Positions 1-8,580 of a DNA stretch of 64,000 bases are shown here, piece after piece (positions within the stretch are counted from its first letter, which is position 1; each line of letters starts with the position of its first letter). The notes beneath the pieces were generated by a model. That model saw only the letters and a program-made list of their open reading frames with translations. It did no database searches and was not told the DNA's origin. The translations under genes and the position numbers were made by a program. The stretch is from the sequence record ON190024.1. One strand, 5' to 3'.

Positions 1-1
1 G

Positions 2-190
2 CTTGCTAATGATCAGTTCAGTACGTTCAAAATCGGACAATCATTCTCTGAATCAATGCTTGACCAAGAAACGCTATACTCTATGATGGAAAGCATTGTT
101 TCTGATGGTGTTGATGTATCAGTGGACGGGACTTTGATTGAATTCAAAGTGAATGCAACCAATTACCTAATCAATATCGACATCAAATAA
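2..190 (+). CDS. 3' end of hypothetical protein (partial, window edge)
   Basis: Open frame from base 2 to TAA at 188-190, followed by GGTGA SD of next gene. Confidence 0.6.
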   Translation, partial: LANDQFSTFKIGQSFSESMLDQETLYSMMESIVSDGVDVSVDGTLIEFKVNATNYLINIDIK

Positions 191-198
191 GGTGAATC

Positions 199-846
199 AT
201 GAAACAATTTTGTAATTTTTTAGCTGAAGTTCAGAAATACAGTTCAGCGGCTACGTCGATTCGCGGTAAAGAAGTTGCTGCATTGGTTAAATTGTTCAAG
301 TCAGGCATGTTCGTGCCTGGCGGAACAGCACTTGACTACGGCGCGGGCAAATACGCTCGTAATGCTGAATTTCTTCGCAGTGAAGGCATTCGCACTTACG
401 CATACGACAAATTCAATGGGACATCGGCTGATGGTTGGAACGCAGTTAGCTTAACTATCCCAAATGGTGAGACATTCGATACCGGCTTCACGTCATACGT
501 ATTGAACGTTGTTCCTGAAGAAATCGAAGCAGAAATCATCCGTGATGTTGAGTCTCGTACACGCGGTAAAGTGTTCCATATTACACGCGGTACTGACATC
601 ACTCAGACTGTATTCAACGTAATCAGCGGTAAGAGCAAGAATGACGTAATGATGCAATTCATTGCTCAAGAATATCCAGAGATTTACGGTCAGATTGTCG
701 CGAACGGTGGGACGAAAGAATTGGCTAAAGAGATTGCAACCCGTGGAGTTGTAACAGCTAAAGACAGTTTCCAACGTATTCCAGACCTATCGAAATACGG
801 TTACAAGAAATCTGGTTCAGGTGCTTCGGTAGTGTGGACAAAATAA
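199..846 (+). CDS. Class I SAM-dependent methyltransferase-like protein
   Basis: Motif I LDYGAGK, YAYDKF, SYVLNVV; substrate unknown. Confidence 0.7.
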   Translation: MKQFCNFLAEVQKYSSAATSIRGKEVAALVKLFKSGMFVPGGTALDYGAGKYARNAEFLRSEGIRTYAYDKFNGTSADGWNAVSLTIPNGETFDTGFTSYVLNVVPEEIEAEIIRDVESRTRGKVFHITRGTDITQTVFNVISGKSKNDVMMQFIAQEYPEIYGQIVANGGTKELAKEIATRGVVTAKDSFQRIPDLSKYGYKKSGSGASVVWTK

Positions 847-863
847 TTTTAATTTATTTGAAT

Positions 864-899
864 AAAAGGGTTGCTTCGGCAACCCTTTTTGCGTATTAT
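864..899 (+). promoter_or_regulatory. Terminator hairpin with embedded early sigma70-type promoter
   Basis: AAAAGGGTTGC-TTCG-GCAACCCTTTTT; TTGCTT-17 nt-TATTAT; leader ATCGAAACGA..AAAGAGAG follows. Confidence 0.75.
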
Positions 900-934
900 A
901 GCTACATCGAAACGAGATACAAAGAGAGAACGTT

Positions 935-1195
935 ATGATGATTACTGAATACCTACGCAATAATACAGTTCGCGAAATGCTAGATTGCCCTGCTACTTCG
1001 CTTGCATTCTGGTCACAAGAATTCATGATCATCCCTGATGAAGATCTAACTTTTGTTGAAAACGATGAAAACGTTCTAATCAAGATGAACGAAATCGAAG
1101 TTGTTGTGCCGTACAATATGACGCTTGAAGATCTTGAGCAAATGTTCGGTGACGCACTAAGTGAACATGTTAGAAAGATTAAAGAACGTGTTTAA
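935..1195 (+). CDS. Hypothetical early protein
   Basis: ORF with GAGAG SD behind early promoter. Confidence 0.7.
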   Translation: MMITEYLRNNTVREMLDCPATSLAFWSQEFMIIPDEDLTFVENDENVLIKMNEIEVVVPYNMTLEDLEQMFGDALSEHVRKIKERV

Positions 1196-1242
1196 CATCG
1201 GTTTATCTCATACTATAATACTCAAACATTGAAGGAAATATT

Positions 1243-1701
1243 ATGATCTACATTGAAACAAGCAACATCCTTTCTGATGACACTCTCGGCTTTGCAATGG
1301 CTGGCGCGCCTCAAGTTGATAAACTTGAGAAAAAAGAGCGTGACAATGTGCTTAACAAAGCTGTTGAAGTCAAGCTCTACGAACGTCTTCCATCGACTGC
1401 TGTACTTGATTTTCTCTTGAATCAAAAAATTCCCTTCATCGCCGTACTGAGCAAAGTAGAAGTTATTGCTGAACAGCAACGTGCATGGTTTGATGCAATT
1501 GGCAAGCACTTGAATATTGATGTGATGTACACAGATTTTCAAGAAGTCGAGCACAATCTCGATACGCTGTTGATTGCTGAAGATCGACATGAACTGAAAC
1601 GTCACGCTCAAAATAACGGTAGAATTCTACCATTCACAACTGAAACACAATTTCAATTCATTATCGATCATCTATCTTCGGTCGACAATAAGGAGCAGTA
1701 A
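1243..1701 (+). CDS. Hypothetical protein
   Basis: ORF with AAGGA SD; TATAAT upstream. Confidence 0.7.
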   Translation: MIYIETSNILSDDTLGFAMAGAPQVDKLEKKERDNVLNKAVEVKLYERLPSTAVLDFLLNQKIPFIAVLSKVEVIAEQQRAWFDAIGKHLNIDVMYTDFQEVEHNLDTLLIAEDRHELKRHAQNNGRILPFTTETQFQFIIDHLSSVDNKEQ

Positions 1702-2051
1702 TGCAAGAGAAGCCAGATTTACTCAAAGACGACGAAATTGTTGATGTAGTCGAAGATCAAGAAGTTCTTGACTATCTTGATGAACTGCAAGCTCAACGTC
1801 GTGTGCTTGTTGAGAAAGAAGCACATCGTCGTATCAAGAAAAACTCGCGTGAGATTAAACGTCTGCGTAAACATGCTGAAAAGTGTCTAATCGAAGGTAA
1901 CAAAGCGGGTTACGTCTACGCAATCGGCAAACTTCGTTCTATTACTGGTCAGACAGTCGGTGACGATGTACTTGAAACGCTATGGGAAACGAGTCGTGAG
2001 CAAGTACTAACAATCGCACGCTCATTTGCAGAAGCGAAAGCAGGTCAATAA
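1701..2051 (+). CDS. T4 a-gt.4-like conserved protein
   Basis: IKKNSREIKRLRKHAE...YVYAIGKLR...LWETSREQV pattern; position upstream of gene 47. Confidence 0.6.
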   Translation: MQEKPDLLKDDEIVDVVEDQEVLDYLDELQAQRRVLVEKEAHRRIKKNSREIKRLRKHAEKCLIEGNKAGYVYAIGKLRSITGQTVGDDVLETLWETSREQVLTIARSFAEAKAGQ

Positions 2052-2515
2052 TGGACATTAAATCAGGCGCTGGTTATCCAGCCAGTGCGCTGTCAAACTT
2101 TGCGCCTCACGCATTCGTTGTGCGTGGTGTTGAGTGTGCTTCTATGGAAGGGTTTCTTCAGTCATTGAAGTTCAAAAACCCGGAAATGCAACGTGAAGTC
2201 TGCAAACTTGTGGGTAAAGTTGCTAAAGCACGCGGTGCGAAGAAAAACTGGCAACGCACTCAGACACTTTATTGGCAAGGTGAGCCGATTCAGCGTGCTT
2301 CGGTTGGGTATCAAACGTTGCTCGATGATGCATACGCTGCATTAGCTCAGAACGTGAAATTTCAAAAGGCACTGCTTGCTACTGGTAAAGCTACCCTTAC
2401 ACATTCAATCGGGCGTAAGAAGCAGGCAGAGACGGTTTTAACTGTACAAGAATTCTGTAGCCGATTGACAGTGATTCGGGAACATTTGCAGAATGAAGCT
2501 GATGAATGTAGTTAA
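2051..2515 (+). CDS. NADAR-family protein (T4 gp30.3-like)
   Basis: YPASALSNFAPHAF, SMEGFLQSLK, TLYWQG, LLATG motifs. Confidence 0.75.
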   Translation: MDIKSGAGYPASALSNFAPHAFVVRGVECASMEGFLQSLKFKNPEMQREVCKLVGKVAKARGAKKNWQRTQTLYWQGEPIQRASVGYQTLLDDAYAALAQNVKFQKALLATGKATLTHSIGRKKQAETVLTVQEFCSRLTVIREHLQNEADECS

Positions 2516-3005
2516 ATTAATGATTCGTGCGATTGCTCGTGCGAAGAAAACAGACAAGCCTATCGTATACATTGACATGGACAACGTGCTGGTTGACTTT
2601 CAGAGTGGGATAGATGCTCTTTCTATCTGGGAAAAGAATCAGTATGAGGGTCGATATGACGAATGTCCGGGTATTTTCGCTCATATGAAGCCGATGAAAG
2701 GTGCGATTGCTGCATTTGAAGTGTTGAACAAACACTTTGATTGCTATATACTGTCTACCGCCCCGTGGGATAATCCCGGGTCATGGCAAGATAAGCGTCT
2801 GTGGGTTGAACGTTACTTGGGCAAGGGTGCTTACAAGCGACTGATCTTGTCACATCACAAGCAGTTAAACTTCGGTCATTATCTCATCGACGACCGCACG
2901 AAAAACGGTGCAGGTGAGTTCATGGGCGAACACATTCACTTTGGCACAGACGAATTCCCTGACTGGTTTTCGGTTGTGACTTATCTTACGAGTGAGAACA
3001 AATGA
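2493..3005 (+). CDS. 5'(3')-deoxyribonucleotidase, HAD/NT5C family
   Basis: YIDMDNVLVDF, ILSTAPW, K..WV, YLIDDR. Confidence 0.85.
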   Translation: MKLMNVVKLMIRAIARAKKTDKPIVYIDMDNVLVDFQSGIDALSIWEKNQYEGRYDECPGIFAHMKPMKGAIAAFEVLNKHFDCYILSTAPWDNPGSWQDKRLWVERYLGKGAYKRLILSHHKQLNFGHYLIDDRTKNGAGEFMGEHIHFGTDEFPDWFSVVTYLTSENK

Positions 3006-4042
3006 AAGTAGCATTGCTAGGTGACTTGCATATCGGCATCAAAGATGACGACATGTGGGTACAAAATTACCAGCGCAAGTTCTTCGACTTTATGTTCGCG
3101 GAACTAGAAGAGCGCGGTGTAAAAGAAATAATTCAACTCGGTGACTGGTTTGACGTACGCCGAGGCGCAACGCAAGAAACACTTATGTTTCAGCGCACGT
3201 ATCTGAATGGCATGTTGAAAGGTCACAATACACACGTTCTAGTGGGTAACCATGACATGCACTTGCGTGAATGCATTGTACCGAATACTCCGTATGAAGT
3301 ATTGAGCGTTGTACCAGACGTTACAATCTACGAGCACCCGACGACTGTTGAGTTTGATGGTGTTAAAATTGACATAATTCCGTGGATTTGTAAAGAAAAT
3401 GCAGTCGAAATCGACGAATTCATTAAAAATTCAACGTCTGAATACTGTGTAGGTCACTTTGAGTTGAACGGGTTTGAATTTCATAAAGGTCAAAAAGCAA
3501 CTGGCTGTCTTGATGCTGGTTTCTTGAAGAAATACAAACAAGTTTGGTCTGGACACTTTCATACTCAGTCTGAAGCGGGTAATATCAAGTATCTCGGTAC
3601 GCCGTATACATTGACTCTTGCAGATGCTGATGATAAACGTGGTTTTTGGTTGTTTGATACTGAAACACACGAAATGGAGTTCATTGAGAACCCCGATTGT
3701 TGGCACACCAAGCTGTATTTTGACGCTGAAACGTTTGACGCGAAAACAATCCCGTCATATGAAAATCGCAACGTCAAGATTATCGTTGAACGTCGTTCAA
3801 GTGACAAGCGTGAAATCTCCTTTGATGTAGTCGAAGATCGCATTGCGCAAATTGCACATGCGTGTCAGACTCTCGATGAGCTAGACATCAAAAAAGACGT
3901 AGCAGATGACATCAAATCTATTAAAGATATTGATGATTATGTTGCTGAATATGCAGATACTCTAGACGAATCGTCTGAAGTCAAGTCAAAAGTCAAAGCA
4001 ATCTTCTCGGCGCTTCGTGCTGAAGCTCAGGAGAATGCGTGA
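3002..4042 (+). CDS. 47: Recombination endonuclease subunit gp47 (Mre11/SbcD-like)
   Basis: GDLHIG, LGDWFD, VGNHD, GHFEL, SGHFH; adjacent to 46. Confidence 0.95.
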   Translation: MKVALLGDLHIGIKDDDMWVQNYQRKFFDFMFAELEERGVKEIIQLGDWFDVRRGATQETLMFQRTYLNGMLKGHNTHVLVGNHDMHLRECIVPNTPYEVLSVVPDVTIYEHPTTVEFDGVKIDIIPWICKENAVEIDEFIKNSTSEYCVGHFELNGFEFHKGQKATGCLDAGFLKKYKQVWSGHFHTQSEAGNIKYLGTPYTLTLADADDKRGFWLFDTETHEMEFIENPDCWHTKLYFDAETFDAKTIPSYENRNVKIIVERRSSDKREISFDVVEDRIAQIAHACQTLDELDIKKDVADDIKSIKDIDDYVAEYADTLDESSEVKSKVKAIFSALRAEAQENA

Positions 4043-4266
4043 TGGAACGTGATTTGGTTAGTCCTTGTAAAATATGCGGTAAACTCCCGTTCATTCATAA
4101 GTCGCCAGTAATGGCGAATGGTTGTTCATTCACAGCTTGGATTGTTGAGTGTGACAATGACGACGATGATCAGCGCACTCCGCCTTTTGTTGAGCATAGT
4201 CTAGTAGTCTATGGTGCTACAAAAGAAGAAGCAATTGACCGATGGGATGAAATAGCGAATGATTAA
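4039..4266 (+). CDS. Small Cys protein, Lar (restriction alleviation)-like
   Basis: SPCKICG...WIVEC...ATKEEAIDRWD; translationally coupled to 47 and 46. Confidence 0.45.
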   Translation: MMERDLVSPCKICGKLPFIHKSPVMANGCSFTAWIVECDNDDDDQRTPPFVEHSLVVYGATKEEAIDRWDEIAND

Positions 4267-6496
4267 GTTCAAAGAAGTGACGTATAGCAATATCATGTCG
4301 GTTGGTAATACGCCGATTACGATTAAGCTAGACGAATTTAACAAAACGTTGATTACTGGCACGAATGGTGCTGGTAAATCAACGTACATCGAGGCAATCT
4401 GTTTCGCACTGTACGGTAAACCATTCCGTAACATCAAGAAAACACAGATTGTTAATGCCGTGAACAAGAAAAAGCTATTGGTTGAAATTACGTTTCAAGA
4501 CAATAAGCACGTGTACAAGATTGTTCGCGGTATCAAACCAAACAAGTTCGAGATTTACAAAGACGATGAACTGATTCCGCAAGAAGCCGCGGTTGCTGAT
4601 TACCAAGACATGCTTGAAAAGAACATCTTGAAGATGAATCTGAGCACGTTTAAGCAAATCGCTGTTCTCGGTACTGCGGGTTACACGCCGTTTATGTTGC
4701 TTCCTGCTGCGAAACGTCGTGAAATCGTCGAAGACTTGCTTGATATTGGTATTTTCAGTGACATGGCAGCGTTAAACAAAGTCGCACTGAAGCAACTCAA
4801 TGAGCAGATCAAAGACACCGAAGCGGATATCGAACGTCGAATGGGCGAATTGAAGTTGCACATTCAGTTCCAAAAAGAACAGCAAGATAATCGCGACGGC
4901 GATTTGGCACAGCTTGAAGCACGTAAATCAGAAGCTGAAGCTGAACTCGCACCACTTTCATTCGAAATTTCTCAACTTGAATCGCAGATCAGCGAAGATA
5001 GCAAGAAATTGCGTGACTTGAAAGAAAAATTGGCATTCGAGTTGTCTGCGGCTGAAGAAGAGCAAGCAACTGAACTGATTGCACTTGATGCTGAACATCA
5101 AGCAAACATTGAAAAGATTGAAGCTGAACAAAAAGCTGAAATCGACGCGCTAAAAGCCAAGCAAACGAGTGAGCAGAACGTCATTGATGAACTCAATGAA
5201 CAGGCGGTGTTAGATCTCGATAAAGATCATTCACAGGCTCTAATTGATTTTGACGCTGAGACTAAACTGAACACGCCGGAAGCACCGGATGCTGATGAAA
5301 TTGCTGCTGACACCTCTACGGTTTTGAGCAACAAGAAAGAAATCACGAAACTCAAAGAGAATAAAGAATTCTTTGAGAAGAACGGTGACTGCGAGTGTTC
5401 GACGTGTAAGCAAACAATCTCGTCTGATTTTGCGCAAAGTGTCATTGATATGGCAGACGCACAGATCGCAACGCTGACTGAAGAAACGAAAGTTCTGGCT
5501 GAGAAGATACGTGCAGCGCAAGCGCAATCTAAAGCACGTAGTGAGTATCTTAGCACTCGCGCTAGTGAACGTTCAGCTTTAGAAGAAAAACAGCGTACAG
5601 AGCGTTCTACGCTCATTAAAACGCAATCAACTGAACGTATGCGAGTCGTAGATGCGCAGCGTGAAGCAATGTCGAGCTTAACAAGCACATTCAATGAGGC
5701 TCTTTCTCTATTGCGCAATACGCAATCGAAAGCTCGTTCTGAACTTGTATCGCAACATGCGACGATTAATGCTGAGTTGACGAAGAAAGGTGCGAGTGAG
5801 CGTGAAACGCTGACTGAAAACATTGGCAAATATCAAGCTGATCTAGCGAAGATTTTGGCTGATGAAAAGAACCTGACGTCCAAGATCGCAACGGTTGAAT
5901 CAGATATTGCTGATGTTAAAGCAAAAGCTGCAACTGAAGATCGTACGGACTTAATCAAGAAATTGACGGCTGAAGTTCGTGATGTTAAGAAAGGCTTACA
6001 AACTGACATGCAGACTAAGCATTGTCGTACCATTGTCGGCACGCTGTTGAAAGATGACGGTGTGAAATCAATGATTGTTCGCCAATACATCCCGATGATC
6101 AACAAGTACATCAATGATTACTTGAAGACCATGAATGCGAACTACAACTTCGTGCTTGATGAAGAATTCAACGAGACTATCAAATCTCGTGGTCGTGATG
6201 ACTTTAGTTACACGTCATTCTCTCAAGGTGAGCGTTGTCGTATCGACTTGGCATTGCTGTTTGCTTTCCGTGATTTGGTTAGCGCACGTACTGGCTCAAT
6301 GACTAACTTGTTGGTTCTTGATGAGGTATTTGATTCAGCGGCTGACTCTGACGGTGTTGATTCTATCAACCAGATTCTAAGCAGCATTAAAGACAACGTG
6401 TTTATTATCTCACACAGCGAGAAGCACGAACAAAGCATGTTTGATAAGCATATTAAATTTGCGAAAAAAGGCAACTTCACAAGAGAGGTCAAATGA
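4259..6496 (+). CDS. 46: Recombination ATPase gp46 (Rad50/SbcC-like), long coiled coil
   Basis: GTNGAGKST Walker A, CSTC zinc hook, FSQGE signature, LVLDE Walker B. Confidence 0.95.
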   Translation: MIKFKEVTYSNIMSVGNTPITIKLDEFNKTLITGTNGAGKSTYIEAICFALYGKPFRNIKKTQIVNAVNKKKLLVEITFQDNKHVYKIVRGIKPNKFEIYKDDELIPQEAAVADYQDMLEKNILKMNLSTFKQIAVLGTAGYTPFMLLPAAKRREIVEDLLDIGIFSDMAALNKVALKQLNEQIKDTEADIERRMGELKLHIQFQKEQQDNRDGDLAQLEARKSEAEAELAPLSFEISQLESQISEDSKKLRDLKEKLAFELSAAEEEQATELIALDAEHQANIEKIEAEQKAEIDALKAKQTSEQNVIDELNEQAVLDLDKDHSQALIDFDAETKLNTPEAPDADEIAADTSTVLSNKKEITKLKENKEFFEKNGDCECSTCKQTISSDFAQSVIDMADAQIATLTEETKVLAEKIRAAQAQSKARSEYLSTRASERSALEEKQRTERSTLIKTQSTERMRVVDAQREAMSSLTSTFNEALSLLRNTQSKARSELVSQHATINAELTKKGASERETLTENIGKYQADLAKILADEKNLTSKIATVESDIADVKAKAATEDRTDLIKKLTAEVRDVKKGLQTDMQTKHCRTIVGTLLKDDGVKSMIVRQYIPMINKYINDYLKTMNANYNFVLDEEFNETIKSRGRDDFSYTSFSQGERCRIDLALLFAFRDLVSARTGSMTNLLVLDEVFDSAADSDGVDSINQILSSIKDNVFIISHSEKHEQSMFDKHIKFAKKGNFTREVK

Positions 6497-6957
6497 AACT
6501 CGTACCGATGACGGTCGATTACAGTGAGGATATTTACACGATGTGTAAGTATCTTCTACTTAACGACGCACACCCAGACTGTCCAGAAACTAAGATCGGG
6601 CGCTTTATGCTCGGTCGTGCAACTGGTCACACAACTTCGATGGTAAAGGCGGCAGAACGTCTACGTCGTGAAGGCTACAACGTCCTTGAAGTCTATTACA
6701 ACGAAGCAAATCGCGCAATGAATCGCCGTGGTTGGAATCATGATATGGCAACGACTTATGATAAGATCGTGCGTGATGGATTCTATCACAACGCATTTGT
6801 AGGTCGTGGCAACGCGAACATGCCAGACATCATCTTGTTTGACACATATTCGTTTGCTGAACAACGCATTCGCGGTGTATCTACGAAAGTAGATGAACTG
6901 ATGCATATTTTGCATCGTGAGTTTAACAAGAAAACTGCGTTTTTCTTCATTCAATAG
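6493..6957 (+). CDS. Hypothetical protein with degenerate P-loop-like motif
   Basis: GRATGHTT and IILFD segments; ATGA overlap with 46. Confidence 0.6.
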   Translation: MKLVPMTVDYSEDIYTMCKYLLLNDAHPDCPETKIGRFMLGRATGHTTSMVKAAERLRREGYNVLEVYYNEANRAMNRRGWNHDMATTYDKIVRDGFYHNAFVGRGNANMPDIILFDTYSFAEQRIRGVSTKVDELMHILHREFNKKTAFFFIQ

Positions 6958-7013
6958 TGTTTAGACCGATAAATAGCTGTGCTAATATGAGCGCAGCTAT
7001 TGAGGAAATACAC

Positions 7014-7223
7014 ATGAACTTAGACAATCACTTATCAATGCCAGAGATAAAGCACTGGGTCATCATTGACAGCTTCACTGGCCAAGAAAAAATTCTCCCT
7101 GAAACTCAACTGCTTGAAGCGTTTGGTCAAGAACGTTGGCAGAAAATCACTTCTGGGATTGACGACTACTTTACAGCTTACGAGTATAACTTTGAATATA
7201 CTGAACGTGGCTTTAAACTGTAA
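7014..7223 (+). CDS. T4 45.2-like conserved small protein
   Basis: GAGG SD at 7002; IDSFTGQ...LLEAFGQE pattern; position before gene 45. Confidence 0.5.
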   Translation: MNLDNHLSMPEIKHWVIIDSFTGQEKILPETQLLEAFGQERWQKITSGIDDYFTAYEYNFEYTERGFKL

Positions 7224-7257
7224 TTGAAGACTATATCATAATTTTGAAGGTAAAAGA

Positions 7258-7923
7258 ATGAAACTTAACAAATCTACAATCGAAGTACTGAAGAACTTTG
7301 CAGGCATCAACAACGGTATGGTTATTCATGCTGGTTCACGTATTCGAACTCAAGACAACTTGAACAAGCAAATCGCTTATGCTGACATCGAAGATTCGTT
7401 CCCTGTAGAATTCGCAGTGTACGATCTAGGTGAGTTTCTGAGCGCATTGAATCTTCTTGACAATGCTGAACTTGATTTCCAAGAAAAATTCGTTGTTGTT
7501 ACCGGCGACGGTGGCACTAAGCTGACTTTCCAATACGCAAACGCTGAGTTCGTGACCGAAGCTCCTGAAAAAGTGAACTTCCCAACTGAACTAGACGGTG
7601 GTGCTGAATTCGACCTTAAAGGCGAAGATCTACAGCGCGTTAAGAAAGCGTCTGCGACTCTTGGTCTGTCTGACATTTGTGTACGCACTGAAGCGGGTAG
7701 CACTGCAATCACGCTGTCAGCTACTGACGCACAAGGTTCAAGCAAGCACACGTTCGAAATCAACGTTGGTGAAGTTGATGCTGACACTGAATTCAAATTC
7801 TTCTTCAAATCAGAGCGTTTGAACATCGTCGACCAAGACTACAAAGTTTCGATTCACCCAGCGGGTATTTCTCGATTCCTTGGTCTTTCACTTGAGTACT
7901 TCATTGCAACTGAAGCACTGTAA
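7258..7923 (+). CDS. 45: Sliding clamp gp45
   Basis: MKLNKSTIEVLKNFAGINNG, FAVYDLGEFL, YFIATE. Confidence 0.95.
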   Translation: MKLNKSTIEVLKNFAGINNGMVIHAGSRIRTQDNLNKQIAYADIEDSFPVEFAVYDLGEFLSALNLLDNAELDFQEKFVVVTGDGGTKLTFQYANAEFVTEAPEKVNFPTELDGGAEFDLKGEDLQRVKKASATLGLSDICVRTEAGSTAITLSATDAQGSSKHTFEINVGEVDADTEFKFFFKSERLNIVDQDYKVSIHPAGISRFLGLSLEYFIATEAL

Positions 7924-7939
7924 GTTTCGACTGTAGTTT

Positions 7940-7947
7940 TATAAATA
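7940..7947 (+). promoter_or_regulatory. T4-type late promoter
   Basis: Exact TATAAATA. Confidence 0.85.
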
Positions 7948-7949
7948 TC

Positions 7950-8037
7950 AATGTAGCTAGGTTTAGCGGCTGAAAAGACGTTGCTCGGTACACGTCCTGC
8001 TACATTATCAAGTACCGCGTCCTTTACCGAGGGATAT
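7950..8037 (+). ncRNA. Candidate structured cis-acting leader RNA (copy 1)
   Basis: Stems AATGTAGC/GCTACATT and GACGT/ACGTC around TTTAGCGGCTGAAAA; same architecture on minus strand at 46394-46484. Confidence 0.6.
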
Positions 8038-8580
8038 ATGAAACTACACGAAATCTTCAACATTTCTGATCTTGAGGATCAGATTGGCGTGTGTGTTATC
8101 GAGAATGCTTTTGACGGAATAGTTGAGGGTGTTGATTACACGCTAGAAAACGTACCTGCTTGTCATGATGATGTAACGCGAACTGTAATTGGCGAAGCAT
8201 TGAAGAAGAATTGGCAAGACAAATCATACCGAGATAAGACGAACAAAGCTCGTGCTGAAGCTCATGCTAAATGTACTTCATGGGGTCAAACAGACGAGGG
8301 TAAACGTTCTATTGCTGATTATCACCGAAAGACACAGAATAGACCATGGAAAGCTAAACGCTTTCAATCGGGAAAGGAGTGTTTAGAAAGGTGGGTAAAT
8401 CTGCGATACTATTACTCGGACTGGCTCAAGCACGATAAGCCATCGCCATACAGATTCTCAAAAATCATGAATCAAAAGTCAGCTTATTACTTTGAAACAG
8501 TAATTAAGTATTTTTATGAACACGGTGATCCATCATCGGACGCCGAATATTTATTATGGGAAACGAACAATGTCATTTAA
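8038..8580 (+). CDS. Inserted hypothetical protein between 45 and 44, possibly a homing-endonuclease relic
   Basis: Own late promoter and GAGGG SD; NUMOD-like basic helix (RTVIGEALKKNWQDKSYRDK); no catalytic motif seen. Confidence 0.6.
   Translation: MKLHEIFNISDLEDQIGVCVIENAFDGIVEGVDYTLENVPACHDDVTRTVIGEALKKNWQDKSYRDKTNKARAEAHAKCTSWGQTDEGKRSIADYHRKTQNRPWKAKRFQSGKECLERWVNLRYYYSDWLKHDKPSPYRFSKIMNQKSAYYFETVIKYFYEHGDPSSDAEYLLWETNNVI

Noticed and set aside
1243-1701. gp55 late sigma factor by position
   Set aside because: No gp55 motifs recognised.
5227-5829. 200-aa minus-strand ORF
   Set aside because: Antisense shadow of the gp46 coiled coil; no SD, Ser/Leu/Cys-rich composition.
6493-6957. rpbA by position
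   Set aside because: No resemblance to RpbA that I can see; left hypothetical.
7377-7826. 149-aa minus-strand ORF (representative of many antisense ORFs in the track)
   Set aside because: Lies opposite gene 45; explained by codon bias of the real gene.
7981-8037. TTG-start extension of the 8038 ORF
   Set aside because: SD GAGGG is positioned for ATG 8038; extension lies in the structured leader.
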